Part shown: piece by piece, positions 34,205 through 48,127 of the stretch
Numbering within the stretch: the stretch's first letter is position 1
Layout of the letters: the number at the start of each line of letters is the position of its first letter
From: Takakia lepidozioides
Taxonomy: Eukaryota; Plantae; Bryophyta
Length of the DNA: 64,000 nucleotides
Direction: 5' to 3'
Assembly: GCA_030704615.1 (NCBI GenBank)
Contig: CM060732.1
Location: 6,634,001-6,698,000, forward strand
Position numbers and translations under genes: made by a program
The notes under the pieces: model-generated
Told to the model about the DNA's origin: nothing
Seen by the model: the letters and a program-made list of their open reading frames with translations, nothing else
Databases searched by the model: none

Positions 34205-37200
34205 TCACTGGTCCCCTGGATCCATATTCAGAAGAGTGTGCACCTCTTGGGGGCTCAACCCTGGTGCATGTATGAAGTGATGAGTTGTGGAATTACACCG
34301 GAGTCTCTTTAGATACACGTAGTACAGATGCTTGCAAGGGCAGTATGACGCCCCCTTGTTCGCCATGATCTGGAAGTCGGTACAATTGCAGGTGGGTAAT
34401 TCTGAAATGGTGATGGTGTACACCTCATTGCGAATAGCTGAGCCTGCCGTGGCCATCTGATACACACGCCCGAAGCTTGGTGGGGGCACTTCTGTCGAGC
34501 TCTGGATTGTACAGTTCATCCGAAGTGCATTCCCCATCCTTGTCTCGTTCACTTTTGAGGGAGGTCGCCGCCTCTTCGGTTTCCCCCAACAGTGTGTAGG
34601 ATGCTTAGAGCTGTCGGGTCCCATTGTTCTTGCTCTCATAGGGGTCGGTGGTGGAGGCTGTGGAAGCGAAAATGATTGTCTGGGGACGTCAGTGCGCTGC
34701 ACCATCCGAAATCCTACGGCGGTAAGGGCGTCGACCTCAACCTGACTCAGATCGCAGCCTGGTTCCACCGGCCACACCGGGGGAGCCTCTGGCATTGTTT
34801 GTATGCCGTACTTGGGCTTTCCATACACGCAAGTCATAATGTCGTGCCTGCAGAACTAGAACTGGTGGTTGTCGCCTCCGCAAACTTTGCATGGACAAAT
34901 CTTCCTGTAAAAGTAGGAGCAGGGACAGCACCATCTGGATTCCTCCTTATCATCTCTAAACAACGTTGCCGTGTATCCACTCGAATTGCGGAACACCTGC
35001 CTTGAAACGACGGCTTTGTGCGAGCAATTCTCCACTGTGACGCAGACACAGTCGTCTCCACAATGGCTTGGGCATACTGCATAACAGCGGGCGGAATCTG
35101 GGGCAAGCGAGCGGTGGGAATTTCTCGCACGGAATCCCCGCTTGAAGGCAATGGCGATCTGGAATTTCTTGGGCTTCCACTGCTGGAAGACACATTGTGT
35201 GGTAACATGACAGGCCCTCGAGGTGCTGTCCGAATGTTCCTGTCGGATCTCCAGGAATCCTCTTCGCACCCGGGTTCCGCTTCAATCCTCCGCCTCACAG
35301 GGTGAGTACGGACGTCCCCCTCTAGGTGCTCACCTCTGCGGTGCAGAGGCGTCCCTTTGATCTTCTCTCGCAATGTTGTCGCCCATTTCAGTGGATTCTT
35401 CGACCTCGAAGCTGTTCATACCAACAATTCCTCCTTGTCCGGCCCAAAGCCCCATTGTTTCCCGCTCAGGAACTTGTACTACGTGGCTTGCTGCATGATT
35501 GCTCTGTTGATGTCCTCCGTTGTGGCCGTCACTTACGTCACCAGATGTGCGGCAGAAGACGCTCGCCAGGAGGAGTGCACTGATTCTGCCATATTCGTGT
35601 TTGGCATGTCCGTGTCGGAATCCAAGCACCGCTCCTACAAGGACACAAACAATGGTGAGGAACCAATGGAAAGGTCCGTAATAGAAAGACAATTGCACGA
35701 AAATGACAACATCATACCTCCCGCGTGTATTGTCCGAACTGTCGATACCGGAAATGCTACCACCCCAACCAGCTGTGCAAGGCTCCCAGATTGGTTGTCT
35801 CCACTGCACCTGACGTGTTCCACCAAGCCTCGATGATAGCAAACTTAACCTCCGCGTCATCAAATGTGGGTGCATCCTTCCACACCGTACAAAGGACACG
35901 GTGTTCAGCCTGGAATGAGCTAGCAACAAATTTGGTAGTGTAGTAAGATAGACTCTGCATCCAATGGAATCCACAGGATCTCTCTTTCCCTCCATTGGAA
36001 CATTGGGGTCCTCACCGTACACACGCTGCAACCGCTGACCCAGTTGGCCTGAGCGTTGTCTGCCATGAATCCCTGAAATTGGGCTCTGGCAATCCCGCCC
36101 TTGCCATCTGCTCGTTTATGCCCTCCCACAGATGCATCTCCGACTGTGTGTCCTCCCCTTTCATCTCGTAGATTGCAGTCGTCATGAGCCTCTTGGAGTG
36201 ATAGTCATAAACATGCGCACCCATAGTCACCCACTGATGGTTTGTAATTCGCTTGATGTGATCAAACATCACCCAAGCATTCGACAAGTTTCCAGTTGTC
36301 ATGCGAAAGACCAAATCGACTCCACTCCCAGGCCCACACGTCGACATTTTAAAAATGTAACAACGATCGGATTCGCTGCCTTGCCCTGGAAACCTGCTAC
36401 CTTGGATGTAGTCATATCCAGTCATTTGTTTCACCTCCAGGATTGAGTGCATGTCCGACCCCCGGCCGAACTCCTGCTTGCAAGATACGATGTGATTCCG
36501 CACATTCGGACTACAAACGTGCGAGACGGACTCCAACAGGTCAAGCATCTCCTCTTCGTTCAAGGGCACCCAGTCTAAACCATCTTTAGACATGATTTTG
36601 CCAAGAGCAATCTTGTGGGCTGCCTTCAGCTGAATCTGCTTTGGTCTGGCTCCGGGGCTCAATTTCACCTCATCTTTTATGATGTCGTGTGCTTCCTGCA
36701 CAGCCTCACGCATGTTGCCTCTCGCCAAGGGGTGGCAGTGGACTCCAACGTGTATGCAAGCTCTAGTCGAGTCTGGGAGTAAATGGATAACATAATATTG
36801 CTTGGCTCTGCACATGGACATGCACGTCGGTGGTTCTTTGCAATGTGCGCACTTGAAAGTACCCGCAGGAGCTTGGCTGGAGACAATGAATGGATGATGG
36901 GTTGTGCCAGTCCAATCTGTCTCGTTTCTCCGCCCTCCTTTGGAGAGAAAGTGGAAGCAGGCGGGATTGAGGCACCTCAGCTTCCCCGCACAGAGGACGT
37001 ATCGTACACGAACACCATCAGGTATTTTCGTGCTACTGGTCTTCGTCACACACCAGGGGTGTCCGTCATGCTTTCCATCCATGTCTGTTAACATCCCTGA
37101 GGCTTTGTTTGACGAAGTAACAGGTGGAAACTCGAAGATAACATTGCCATCGACTTCGGGAGGCAGATACGTTACCTTCCTGACTGGAAATTTGGCATAG

Positions 37201-37800
37201 TCAAGAGCAGCCAGCTCGGAGTGCGAACCATCGAGGTGATGTTGCTGTAGGAGCTGCACAATGGACCGGGTTGGAGTTATGCTCAAGGGTACATGCGTAG
37301 CACCTGCAGAGACGTCCATGAAGGATTTGAACGACCGTGGTGGAGGACATGGGGACCTCAATGCACTCATCTTCCTCGTCAGAAATGTCGAATACCTCCA
37401 CACGAGAAGCTATGGAGGGTCTTGACGGTCCAAGCCGGGAATGATTATCGTTGCATACCTCTCTGTTGGCAGTGGCCGCCTGTCGGTTTCCGGACTCCTT
37501 TGTGGATGGTGTGGGCAGCGACTGATTCGGAAAGGGAATGGGCATTCCCACAGCTCGGTACAGGATGGTGTCTGATGGGGGTTACGTGCCATTCGATTCC
37601 GCAACCTCCGTCGTTACCTAGCACGACAATGGTCTCGTCAACCTGTCCAGAAACATCCTTCCTTTCTTCTTCCAAATAAACTGTGCCCGGTTTGAGCTTG
37701 AATTTGGAACAAAGGTAAGTTTCAGTCACTCTGCAAAGTCCTCCCTCGTTTGGGATCCAGGCTCTCCCAAGTTGCGGAGGACAACAAACTATAGCGTAGG
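34205..37800 (-). pseudogene. Mutator-like transposase B: GCM-like domain, DDE core, SWIM
   Basis: HDGHPWCVTKT...CAGKLRCLNPAC...CAHC...HVGVHCHP; MFDHIKR; FMADNAQANW; SWIM CNCTDF...PCKHL; several frameshifts. Confidence 0.87.
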
Positions 37801-38204
37801 AATTCGGAGCCATCGAAGACCGCACGAAGTTGGCAAGTGCGAGGTTCAGTATAGCGACAGACCAAGGCTCACAGGCACCATGAAAGTGGATCTGCGGAGT
37901 CCATCGACGATTGGAAGTCGCACATTGAAGTGGAAAGTATTGTTTCAAGCTACATGCATGAAGGTGGGAGGTGTGATTCCATAGCCAGTAAGTATGACAA
38001 TGATGGCCGATTCGGCGACGAAATAACATCTCCTGACAGTTTCTCCTGAGGGTGGATCCAGCAGTATTCTCGGTGCAGACATGAACGTTCGCACTGACAA
38101 GTGCCAGGACTGTTAGTTAAAACGGTCAGACAACCAAGTTGTGCTCATCAAGACAGGCCGCAATTGTGTTGTTTCGGAACAATGCAACCCATTCAGGTTC
38201 CGCA

Positions 38205-39920
38205 TGCGGAAATGAGGTTCCGCATTTCCGTCCGGAGTGATACTTTCGATTGCTGTTGGACGGAAATACGGCGCCGCATTTCCGTTTTGCATCTTAGTCA
38301 TGCACCAGTGCGACGGAAAACCGGCACCGAGTTTCCGTCCGGGGGAAACCTTTATACTCTCCAGAACGGAAATGCGGTAACGCATTTCCATCCAACAAGC
38401 ACGGTATGTGAAGGTGGAACGGAAATGCGGTACCGCATTTCCGTTCTGATTGAGAATCATGAACCACGGGAACTGAAATGCGGCACCGCATTTCCGTCCG
38501 AGTCGCACCTTCCGACATACCAGAACGAAAATGCGGCGCCGCATTTCCGTTTTGTATCTGACGCATGGAGCTGAGAGATAGAAATGCTGCAGCGCATTTC
38601 CGTCCGGTTAAGACATTCATACTCTCCAGAACGGAAATGCGGTACCGCATTTCCGTTCTGATTGAAAATCGTGAACCATCGGAACTGAAATGCGGCACCG
38701 CATTTCCGTCCGAGTCGCACCTTCCGACATTCCAGAACGAAAATGCGGCGCCGCATTTCCGTTTTGTATCTGAGGCATGGAGCCGAGTGACGGAAATGCT
38801 GCAGCGCATTTCCGACCGGTTAAGACATTCATACTCTCCAGAACGGAAATGCGGTACCGCATTTCCGTTCTGATTGAAAATCGTGAACCATCGGAACTGA
38901 AATGCGGCACCGCATTTCCGTCCGAGTCGCACCTTCCGACATTCCAGAACGGAAATGCGGCGCCGCATTTCCGTTTTGTATCTGAGGCATGGAGCCGAGT
39001 GACGGAAATGCTGCAGCGCATTTCCGACCGCTTAAGACATTCATACTCTCCAGAACGGAAATGCGGTACCGCATTTCCGTTCTGATTGAGAATTATGAAC
39101 AACGGGAACTGAAATGCGGCACCGCATTTCCGTCCGAGTCGCACCTTCCGACATTCCAAAACGGAAATGCGGCGCCGCATTTCCGTTTTGTATCTGAGGC
39201 ATGGAGCCGAGTGACGGAAATGTTGCACCGCATTTCCGACCGGTTAAGACATTCATACTCTCCTGAACGGAAATGCGGTACCGCATTTCCGTTCTGACTG
39301 AGAAATTGTGAACAACGGAACTGAAATGCGGCACCGCATTTCTGTCCGAGTCACACCTTCCGACATACCAGATCGGAATTGCGGCGCCGCATTTCCGTTT
39401 TCTATCTCAGGCATGGAGCGGAGGGACGAAAATTTTGCACTGCATTTCCGTCCGTTTGAGACCTTCATACTCTCCAGAACAGAAATGCGATACCGCATTT
39501 CCGTTCTGACTGAAAATCGTGATCCATCGGAACTGAAATGCGGCACCGCATTTCCGTCCGAGTCGCGCCTTCCGACATTCTAGAACGGAAATGCGGCGCC
39601 GCATTTCCGTTTCAATTGAGGCCATGGAGCTGTGGACGGAAATGCGGTGCCGCATTTCCATCCATGTGAGACCTTCAAACTTTCCAGACGGAAATGCGGC
39701 ACCGCATTTCTGTTCAGGTAGACATTTATACTGTCCGAACGGAAATGTGGCACGGCATTTCCGTTCATCAACTAAGGTATGTGAAGGTGGAACGGAAATG
39801 CGTTGCCGCATTTTCTTCCAACAAGTACGGATGTGTAGCTTCGTGATGGTACTTAACGGAAATGCGGCGCCGCATTTTCATTTTCACTCCAACTCATCAG
39901 ACGCTGGGACGGAAATGCCT
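38205..39920. repeat. Array of about 30 palindromes GGAAATGCGG-CG-CCGCATTTCC at ~53-bp period, forming a 212-bp higher-order repeat (4 monomers, ~5.5 copies)
   Basis: Near-identical blocks offset by 212 bp (38565, 38777, 38989); the monomer motif is directly visible. Confidence 0.95.
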
Positions 39921-40225
39921 TGAAATGTGAACACGTGGAGCAAGGGAATTGCGGCACATGTCTGCACTCTATCTGACTGAAGTGGCATGAGGCGGGCGCG
40001 GCCTGACCGTTGGATAATGATGTTTGTTTTTCGGACGGCAGGCGTACCCTGAACGATTCGAATTTCGTAATGACGCAAAGTCCACGAGGAGACACTTTCG
40101 TCCAACCCTTTCGAACCCAAGTGGTGCATCACCGCCGTTTCATTCTTTTGTCGTGTCTCCTCAGTCACCCCTCTCGCGCCCTTTCCATCTGCACTCTTCG
40201 CCCCTTTTCCCTGTCTCTGTTCTTC

Positions 40226-43200
40226 TTATGCTCGAACCTGAGAGGGAGGGAGTGCGTGCACCAGAGAAGAGACATCGTCGCAAGCTCCAAAAATTGTACT
40301 TCGGACGTAGGCCAATGCCGAAGGGGAGGAAGCAGATGCGTCTACAGGAGGAGATTGCCATCTTGCAGCATCAGGCCACGCAGGCAACCCAGCCACCAGT
40401 GAGAGCTCCGTGCTATCGGGATTCGCCAGCTGAAACCCGCCTCATTTTTCTTCTGCAATTCTTAGACTGTATGCTAGGAGACTTGAATGCAGAAGATGTT
40501 TGATGCCTAACCGGAAAGGTGGACGTGCTGGAGGGATCGCAGGAATCCGAAGAGCCGCAGGCAGAGTCCGTGGAGCTAGCTGCAGCACGCACACCCAGCC
40601 GATCCACGAGCACGGGTCTTCCTGCCGGGCCTAGCCCTGTGCGTTTCAAGGACGCGGCTTCCAAGGGCAAGTCTTTGCAGTTCAAAGCCCCAGAGAGCGA
40701 CTCGCCTTCAAAGGTCATGGAGAATCGCCAGCAGGGTCTAGCCCTTCTCCAGCAAAGACGAAGAAGAAGCAGCCCGTCCTTCAACTTGTTTCTGAACCGG
40801 ACCAGGCCGTTTCCCCCCCACCCAGGCAAATGAAGCAGATTCAATTGCAGCAGACACCTTCACCTGCAAGAATGAGGAAGCACAAGGCAATCAGGGGGAG
40901 GGCGGAGCAGTCTCCCGCAAAACCGATTCCACGAGCTGAAGCCCAGTTCCTGCTTGATTTCCAGCCTGGTGATGTTGGGGGCGTCTCTGCTGCAGCGAAG
41001 GCAATGGGATCGACCAATATCGTCGATTTGGTACCGGAGGAGGGTGCTGCCTCTCAACGTTCGCAGCAAGACCTGACCACCGTTGAGGAAGATCTTCATA
41101 ATACTGAAGGCCCGGAGGAGGCCTCTGCAATTGCAGAATTGCCCGCAAAGATTCCCCAGAGTGCAGCTCCAGTTGGGATGCTCCAGCTGCTCAGCCCCTA
41201 CCGCCACCAGCAGAAATGTCTCCGGAGGAATTCCAAAGTGCAGCGGATACAATGTTGGAGGAGACACATAGTAGCATTGGCAGAGTTCTGGGCAGCAGGG
41301 TATTCCAGCGGACTCTTCAAATCCCACTCTGTCGCATGGTCTCCCTTCCCATCGTCAGGCAGGCACTTCCCGGAGATGTGGATAAGCTCAAGTTCGCATT
41401 TCGAGAAGGGTACCGTCTAGGTTCGCCAGCCTTCTACGTTTCCCTTGAGAATGAGGACGGCGAATCTCGTGGACCCACTGCGGATGAATTGTCAACATGG
41501 GATACCCACTGGCACACTCGCAACGACGAATTCGAGGCAACACTGAAGGGTGATCCAGACTTCGGCCATATGTCGGGTAAAATGTTCTTTGTGTGGGACG
41601 GGAATCACCGACTTCTCGCCTGGTGGGAGTACATCAAGCAGAACCATGCCAAGCACATTGGCTGGCATTACATGGTGGAGTGTGTCATCCTCAAGGTGAA
41701 GGCGGCAGACTCCTCCCTGCTCAAGAATGCCATGGCGGACCTCAACTCGTAAGATACTCATACCCTCCCAAGCACGTTCGCCGCATTTCGGTTTCCAATC
41801 TGTTTTGTTTCCGTGCTTTCGTGGACTGAACTGGAGAGTGTGCCTTGCAGGGTCACTGAAAATGCGTACGTGCATACCCACATGGCACATATGCTGTACA
41901 GGGTGAGGAAAACTGGTCTCACTGATCCGCACATGTTTGCGGAAATGCTGGAGCCCGAGCTCATTCAGAAAGCCGTGGCAAAAACTGACCGGACATGGTA
42001 TCGTCTCACTATGGATGGAATGGTGGAGGTGATATACGAAGTAAGTCGTCCTCCCATTTCCCTCTGCTCATCCTTCCCCAATTTCCAGTAATCTTTCCAC
42101 ATGAATCGAATGTAACGCTTCTGCATGTTTTTGTTGGCAGTCAAACATCAAGCTGGATTTGGCCCATGCCAAACGCTTCTTCATGGAAAGTGAGGGGCAG
42201 GTCAAAACGTTGCAGTCATTGACTGAGCACTTGAAGGAAGTCGGGGTCAAGTCCAGAACAAAATACAAGTCAAAGCTTGTGAAGCTGTGGCCATTGCAGA
42301 TCCGGCACTTGGAAAGGACTTCATCCCCGAGATTGCAAAACACTATTCTCGGGCCATGCAGCCGACCATGCAGTTGGAGAAACTGCATCACCTCTCAACG
42401 GCATGTGTTGAAGCGAAAGAGAAGGTGATGTTTCAATGCACTGAAGTTCCTTCCTAGCAATAGCCACTCTTCTTCCTGCTCCTGACATTGGATCGGAAAT
42501 GCAGCACTCACGGTGGCTGTCGATCTGGAATGCATCGGAGAGTATAAGGACAATGTGGTCTTTTCCACTCGAAGTTTCCGACCCTGCAGTGGATGTGTGG
42601 CTCAACCGCATGACTTGGTGGTTCCAGGTAATTCAAGGTACTTCCCCAGATTTGCTTTTCTGAAATGAATTCCCTGAACTATTGCGTGACAATGCATGTG
42701 GGAATCGCAGGTAATGACGAATGCGAAGGAGCAAGTCGTAATGCATACAAATTCGTTCGGCTTGTACGTCAAATGGGATGGAACACAGACATTGGAAGAC
42801 TACGTGACACGTTTCAGATGTGCGTACAAGGACAACCTCTTCGCCAGGGAGCTGCAGACAGCAAGAAGGAGCGTGGAGTTTACACATCAGGAGGGAGCGG
42901 GAAAAGCTGCAATGCGAATTGTTTACAGGTGAAGCCCAGCTGTCCTTGTATGCAAAGCCTGGTTATGAGGTTTGTCTGGGAAATGCGGCACCGCATTCGC
43001 ATTTTAAGTTTTCGGTTATACTCTGCGAGTACGTTGGTCTCAACTTTTGCTCACGCATGCTGACTGCCCTGCAGGTATATGAAATACGTGCTTCTTCAGA
43101 CAGGGGCCCTGGCTCAAGAGCCCCCATTCTTCATGGCTTGGACCGTGGCGGCCCAAGCTGTGTCTACACACCCAAGATGCAGAAACAATGGCATGCCGCG

Positions 43201-43350
43201 CATCTGGTTGGATGCCCGTGGTACCTGGACATGTCTGGCGGAATTGTTGACGAGTCTGAGAAAGATCTGCATGTGAAAGCAAAAGAGAAGAGAAAGGAAA
43301 GACGTGTCCCTGCTGGGCCAGAGTCGGCAAAGGAAGCTACTGCTGACAGG
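40226..43350 (+). pseudogene. Cargo gene B with ParB/Srx-like domain; breaks off before the methyltransferase exons
   Basis: IPLCRMVSLPIVRQALPGDVDKLKFAFREGY...MFFVWDGNHRLLAW (41216-41752); later exons match A (AMRIVYR vs AMKRVLYR; YT....K.W..AH...C) with the same intron positions; start uncertain. Confidence 0.78.
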
Positions 43351-44879
43351 ATGTACGTAGACGGGGGTTGTCTCCCATTGAGATCAAATTTTGTAATGGT
43401 GACCCCGACATCTTCGGCAATGTTGCTGGGCTGGTCAATAGTTCTTTTGGTCATCCTAGGAGAACCATGTAGTATGGGACGAGCGAAAGCGATGGGCATG
43501 AGAGCTTTTGTGGTCATACGTCAGTATACTGTGAGGGGATACACATGTTTGTGATGATATGTGCTAGTAGGACTATTAGGGCTGGCAGCGAACTATTTGC
43601 ATCATACGAGTTCTCCCGGGATGATTGGGACCTCCGATTACAGCGTGAGTGGGATGTGTATGATAGAAATAGGGTTCCTTTGAGACAGGGATCGCGTAGA
43701 GGGGCATTGTAGATATTCTCATGATGTACTTTGTATACATCCGATTAATCGATTGATGTAAAAAAAATTCTTGTTGCTCGTGTGGGTTGCAACTTTGCAT
43801 ATGTGATCTAAACATACTTATGCACATGTGGACCAAATATGAGCTTGAACCAAGTTGATTCAATGGGTCATTCTAGTGTTGAACGCAGCTACGTGTCATA
43901 GAGACGGAAAATTGCGTTTCGCCTGTAGATGATTTTTTTTTTATTGGGAGTAAACAAAAGTGATTTGGACCCATAACCAGATTTTTCTCTCATTTGCACT
44001 CCAAAGTTGAGTTATCTTCAACTTCATGCACTCTTCATAAAGAGTTCTGCAAAAGTGACCCTAGAAACACACTTATTTTTTTTCCATATGTTTTTGTCCA
44101 ATTTTTTGCATGGATGTAGTGGTGCAAAGCCCAATATCACAGAACAAAATAGAGCTAACAATAAAATCATTACGCCCCTCAAAACCCGCAATCATATATT
44201 TTCTAAATGTAAATATTTATTTTAAATTCATTTAAATTCGATTTAATTCAAAATTGGTGCAAGGGTGAGTGCGTCGTTGGGGAGGCAAATGTTTTTTTTT
44301 TTCTGCTGGATCTTTGTACATGTGTTGCACACATATTTAAGCACATGTAGGAAAAAATGAAGCTTGAGCCACATCCGTTTGTTGGGTGCAATGGCATGAG
44401 AGGATTTTCTTTCACATTAATAAACAAAAATTGGTTGATAGGGTGAATGCGTCATTGGGGGGGCAAATGATTTTGTTTGGGTTTGAAACTTTGCATGCGT
44501 GTACGTTGCGCACATACATGTAATTATTGAATGACATATTTGATGCACGCACACATTGAAGGTTGTTGTTTGCATTTCGCTTATAATGAAGTGTATGGTT
44601 GCAACGACACATTATTAATATATTGTCCCTATGTTCATTTGTTCGTATCAGGACTTTGTCCATCCCTTCCCGGTCCTTTCTCTTGGCACCCCATCCGAAA
44701 ACAACCCAAGTACATCCAGGTGGGAGCCGTGGGCGAGACGCCGCCCCCACGGTACCGGACGATGACAGTGACAGTGACAACAACAATGAGCATGGAATTA
44801 ACCAGGAGGATGTGCAGTGGAGGATCTCTTAATGCATCATGTGGCGCTGATGCATCTCATGAAGAGGGAACCCGGCCAA

Positions 44880-46514
44880 TCGATGATCCTGAAATGGCCC
44901 CTCAAATGACATGGAGAGGGAGCGAGAACTCCCTTGTACGAAGGGCGAAAGTGAGTCAACTTTCAACAATCTTACTTTTGCTCAATCTTCAAATTCGATT
45001 TGGCATAAGTAATGTTGGGATGTCTGCCATAATGCGAACTATTGCAGACTATATCCTTGCTCCACACTTGAAACCCAAGATGCCACGGTCGCGGAAAGAG
45101 GCGCGCGAAGTCTTGGACTCTGTGTGGGGATGGACTATAAGATTTTCATGCATGTCCATGTGATAAAACCCTATACTACGGGAGAAGATTCGCGTCTCAC
45201 CAAGTGCCCAAAGTGCAAGAAAGACCGATATCGGGATGATGTCCAGGCGAAAAAAGTACCACGCAAGGTATAAGCGTCATTCCCCCTCGCATGGAGATTA
45301 CTTTCTTTAAGTGGAAGGAGCGACGTTCGGTTTTGACCATTCACACCAAAATGAGGGAAATGCTGCATAAAGGGAAAGACATAAAGGTGTTGTATTATGT
45401 GTGCTAATGGGATGATTACATGTGGGGGCGTGGGGTATTTCATCCTAGAAAAATGCATTACTTTCCGATCATCCCGCAATTGAGGGCACAGTACGAAGCC
45501 CAAATTGGCCAGACTCATGAGATGGCACGCATCGCATTGGAGCCCCCGGGAAAGGTGTGCGGGCCACAAGATTCACAAGCATGGAGGCATATTGAAGAGA
45601 TGTGGCCTTTTCTCTTGGAGACCCACGACATGTCCACCTCGGCTTCTCCTCGGATGGGGTCAACCCATTCTCTGTCCAGTCATGTAGTCATTCCACTTGG
45701 CCGGTGACCATGGTGAATTACAACATCCCTCCGTATCTTTCAATTAAAAAAGGCCATATCATGTTGGCTGCCATTGTGCCAGGTGAGTGTACTCATTTCC
45801 TGTTTATTATTGCCTTAGACTTTACATTAAACTTCTGATCTCTGACGCAATTTGGATGCAAGATTGATGAGTGACATAATCATGGAGTAAGACGTGTAAT
45901 TCATTTTGTAGTATAATTTGCATATTGGTGGAGCTTTGAAACAATGATGTGAATGTCTCATAGGGAAAAACAAGTGGCAAACATGGACACGTACTTGCGA
46001 CCTCTTGTTGATGAACTTAAGGAGCTATGGAGGGGGGGTCCCCGGCATTGGATGCTTCACTTGACCCTATGGCCGGACAATCTTTTCAGATGAGAGGCAT
46101 CTTGCTTTGGACAATGCATGATTATCCAGGTATATTATGTTCCCCATGAACAACCCACGTACATTCACTTGTCAATGCCGGATAATATCGATGAGGATTG
46201 GGATTGATTGAAGTAGCGGCGACAGTCTTGTGCACCATAGTGGGGTAGATGGCATTATGAGCCATGCACATGACAACTTTTTGTTTTTACTAATGTGGCG
46301 GGATGTGTAGTACAGGACTAACTGTTTGCTCGGGGCTAAGCACCAAAGGGTACCATGCATGCTTGCATTGTGGCGATGATCTTGATGCACATAGCTCCCG
46401 CCATCTTCACAAGATGGTGTATCCCAACTACCGCAAATTTCTTCCTATGAGCCATCGATGGAGAAGAAGAGAGAAACACTTGTTTGATGGCAAAGAGGAA
46501 GTACGTCCCCCCCC
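44880..46514 (+). pseudogene. CACTA/En-Spm TnpD-like (Transposase_21) pseudogene
   Basis: KCPKCKKDRY, YFPIIPQL, DSQAWRH, SDGVNPF...STWPV..VNYNIPP, YLRPLVDELKELW, HDYPG, KGYHACLHC, RKFLP..H..R....FDG.EE. Confidence 0.9.
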
Positions 46515-47516
46515 TGTTAGAGGGCTGTCTGGGACTTAGACACTTTTATGGGCTCTGTGGGGTACCCTAAATTTTTACGCAGACTTACAGATGGTAGACT
46601 TAGACCAACAGAGGCCTTAGGGCTGACAGCACAGGCTTTAGGGGTGGTAGACAGTCGTACACAGCCTATCATAGTCTATCACGGCCATACACAGCCTTAC
46701 ACAGTCTGTCACAGTCAATCACAGCCTATCACAGTTAGTCACAGTCTATCACACCTTGACACAGCTTCGCACAGCCAGTCACAGCACGACACAACCCGAC
46801 ACAGCTTTACACAGCCAGTCAGACAGCTTGGCACGTCACAACCCGACACAGCTTGGCACAGGCCGTCACAACGTACATAGGGAACGGTTATCATTGGTAG
46901 GGAACAACTGTGTGGGAACGACATCTGCAAAGGGAACGTGTACTTTGGGGTGACAGTTAGTTAGTTAGGTGGTTAGAACAGCTTGCATGTAGATGAGGCA
47001 GAGCAGCAAGGGGGGAGAGATCACTTGACGGGAGCACTTCTTGGTCATGAGTGGAGGAGCTGAAGTGGAGAGCAGGAACAGAACCAAGGATGGAGAACAC
47101 GGCGAAGATGGGAAGATGATTGGATCGATGCTTGATTCATGCAAGCTGTAGAGTCGTACTGTAGAACAGATTAGAGACACTATGGCTACGGCCTGATACT
47201 GAGCAGAGATTAATATGATACACATTCCTTACCCACACCGTGTAGAGAGAACTGAGTGAAGTTGTGGAATGAATGGTTGAGCAATCGGAACCTGGTAGAT
47301 TGCTGAAGCAAACTGTTTCTCAAATATAAACAGTAAGGTAATATGCTAATATGAAGGCAAGAAGGAATACAAACAAGAAGCACTACCATGATACACCAGA
47401 TGTAGGTCATGACTGATTGTTCTGAGCGGGCTGAGTGCTTAGAGATATCCAACTCTTTCATTTTGGAGTTCCCTCCTCGGATAGCGAAGGGATGGGTGAG
47501 TAAAAGCCGCTCAACG
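46515..47516 (+). repeat. 5' LTR of copy 2 (~1002 bp)
   Basis: Starts TGTTAGAGGGCTGTCTGGGAC, ends GCTCAACG (CA to CG variant) just before the PBS. Confidence 0.9.
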
Positions 47517-47518
47517 TT

Positions 47519-47536
47519 TGGCGACCATACTGGGGA
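47519..47536 (+). promoter_or_regulatory. Primer binding site (tRNA-Arg-like)
   Basis: TGGCGACCATACTGGGGA 2 bp after the LTR; resembles the Ogre/Tat-type TGGCGACTCCACTGGGGA. Confidence 0.7.
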
Positions 47537-48127
47537 ACTAAGTCAAGAACAACCAGATGACATCAGGCATCTGGTGGGATCATGGTGGTTGGAGAATTAA
47601 AGAATTTGATGTGAATCAAATTCCCTGTGGAACTGAGAAAGAAAGGTTGTCCAAGCAATTCTTTCAGAGATTCTTGGAATTGCCAGACGGTTGTAAATAA
47701 AACATTCTTAAGAGAGTGCATGATGCAGATCCTGAGTGGGGTCTGGAGAAAGGAGTGAAAAAGATTTATCAGGTGGCCTGTAGAGGGAGAGCAAGTTGGT
47801 TACCAACACCGGTTTATGTGATAGTGTTGCTATCCATTAAACGAGTGGAATTTGAAGGCTGGGAGGAACGGAAAGTGAATGTTTACACTCATATGCATGA
47901 AGAAAACTTGTACTGGTAAAGAATTGGATTTCCAAGGATATCTTGTGGATCAAACTTACACCAAGAACAGCTTTCCAAACGTGTTTGCCATATGGTTATA
48001 TGGTAACGGAGACTTCTAGTATAGCCAAGGGTGCATTGAAGCTTGAAAGAAACCCAAACATATACGAGAGATACTACAGGAGAGAGTTTTGGTTATTGCC
48101 TCATTGAAGATATGAAAGACATGGGAC

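Larger units (their letters stand above)
33399..43350. mobile_element. Mutator-like DNA transposon B (transposase, palindrome array, ParB cargo gene; right part truncated)
   Basis: Terminus GAGGTTTACTATTTCATGAGC at 33399 abuts PPR sequence; same divergent two-gene layout as A in inverted orientation. Confidence 0.8.

Noticed and set aside
38420-38445. ATGCGG in the B palindrome resembles the animal GCM site ATGCGGGT
   Set aside because: Not shared by the A or C palindromes, and the termini offer a better transposase-site candidate; kept only as an alternative to test.
38205-39920. CRISPR-like look (palindromic repeat plus ~30-bp spacers)
   Set aside because: Spacers recur with a 212-bp period, there are no cas genes, and the context is a eukaryotic transposon.
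38101-39923. Many overlapping ORFs with repeated EMRYRIS/KCGTAF peptides, and similar ORFs at 58308-58953
   Set aside because: Translation artefacts of GC-rich palindromic tandem repeats, open on both strands.
43881-43893. GAACGCAGCTACG matches the first 13 nt of the 62586 terminus
   Set aside because: The CRTGAGC motif and subterminal cluster are absent, so it cannot be supported as an element end.
3658-47516. The two LTRs as ends of a single retrotransposon
   Set aside because: They are in opposite orientation, visibly diverged, and each has its own internal domain.
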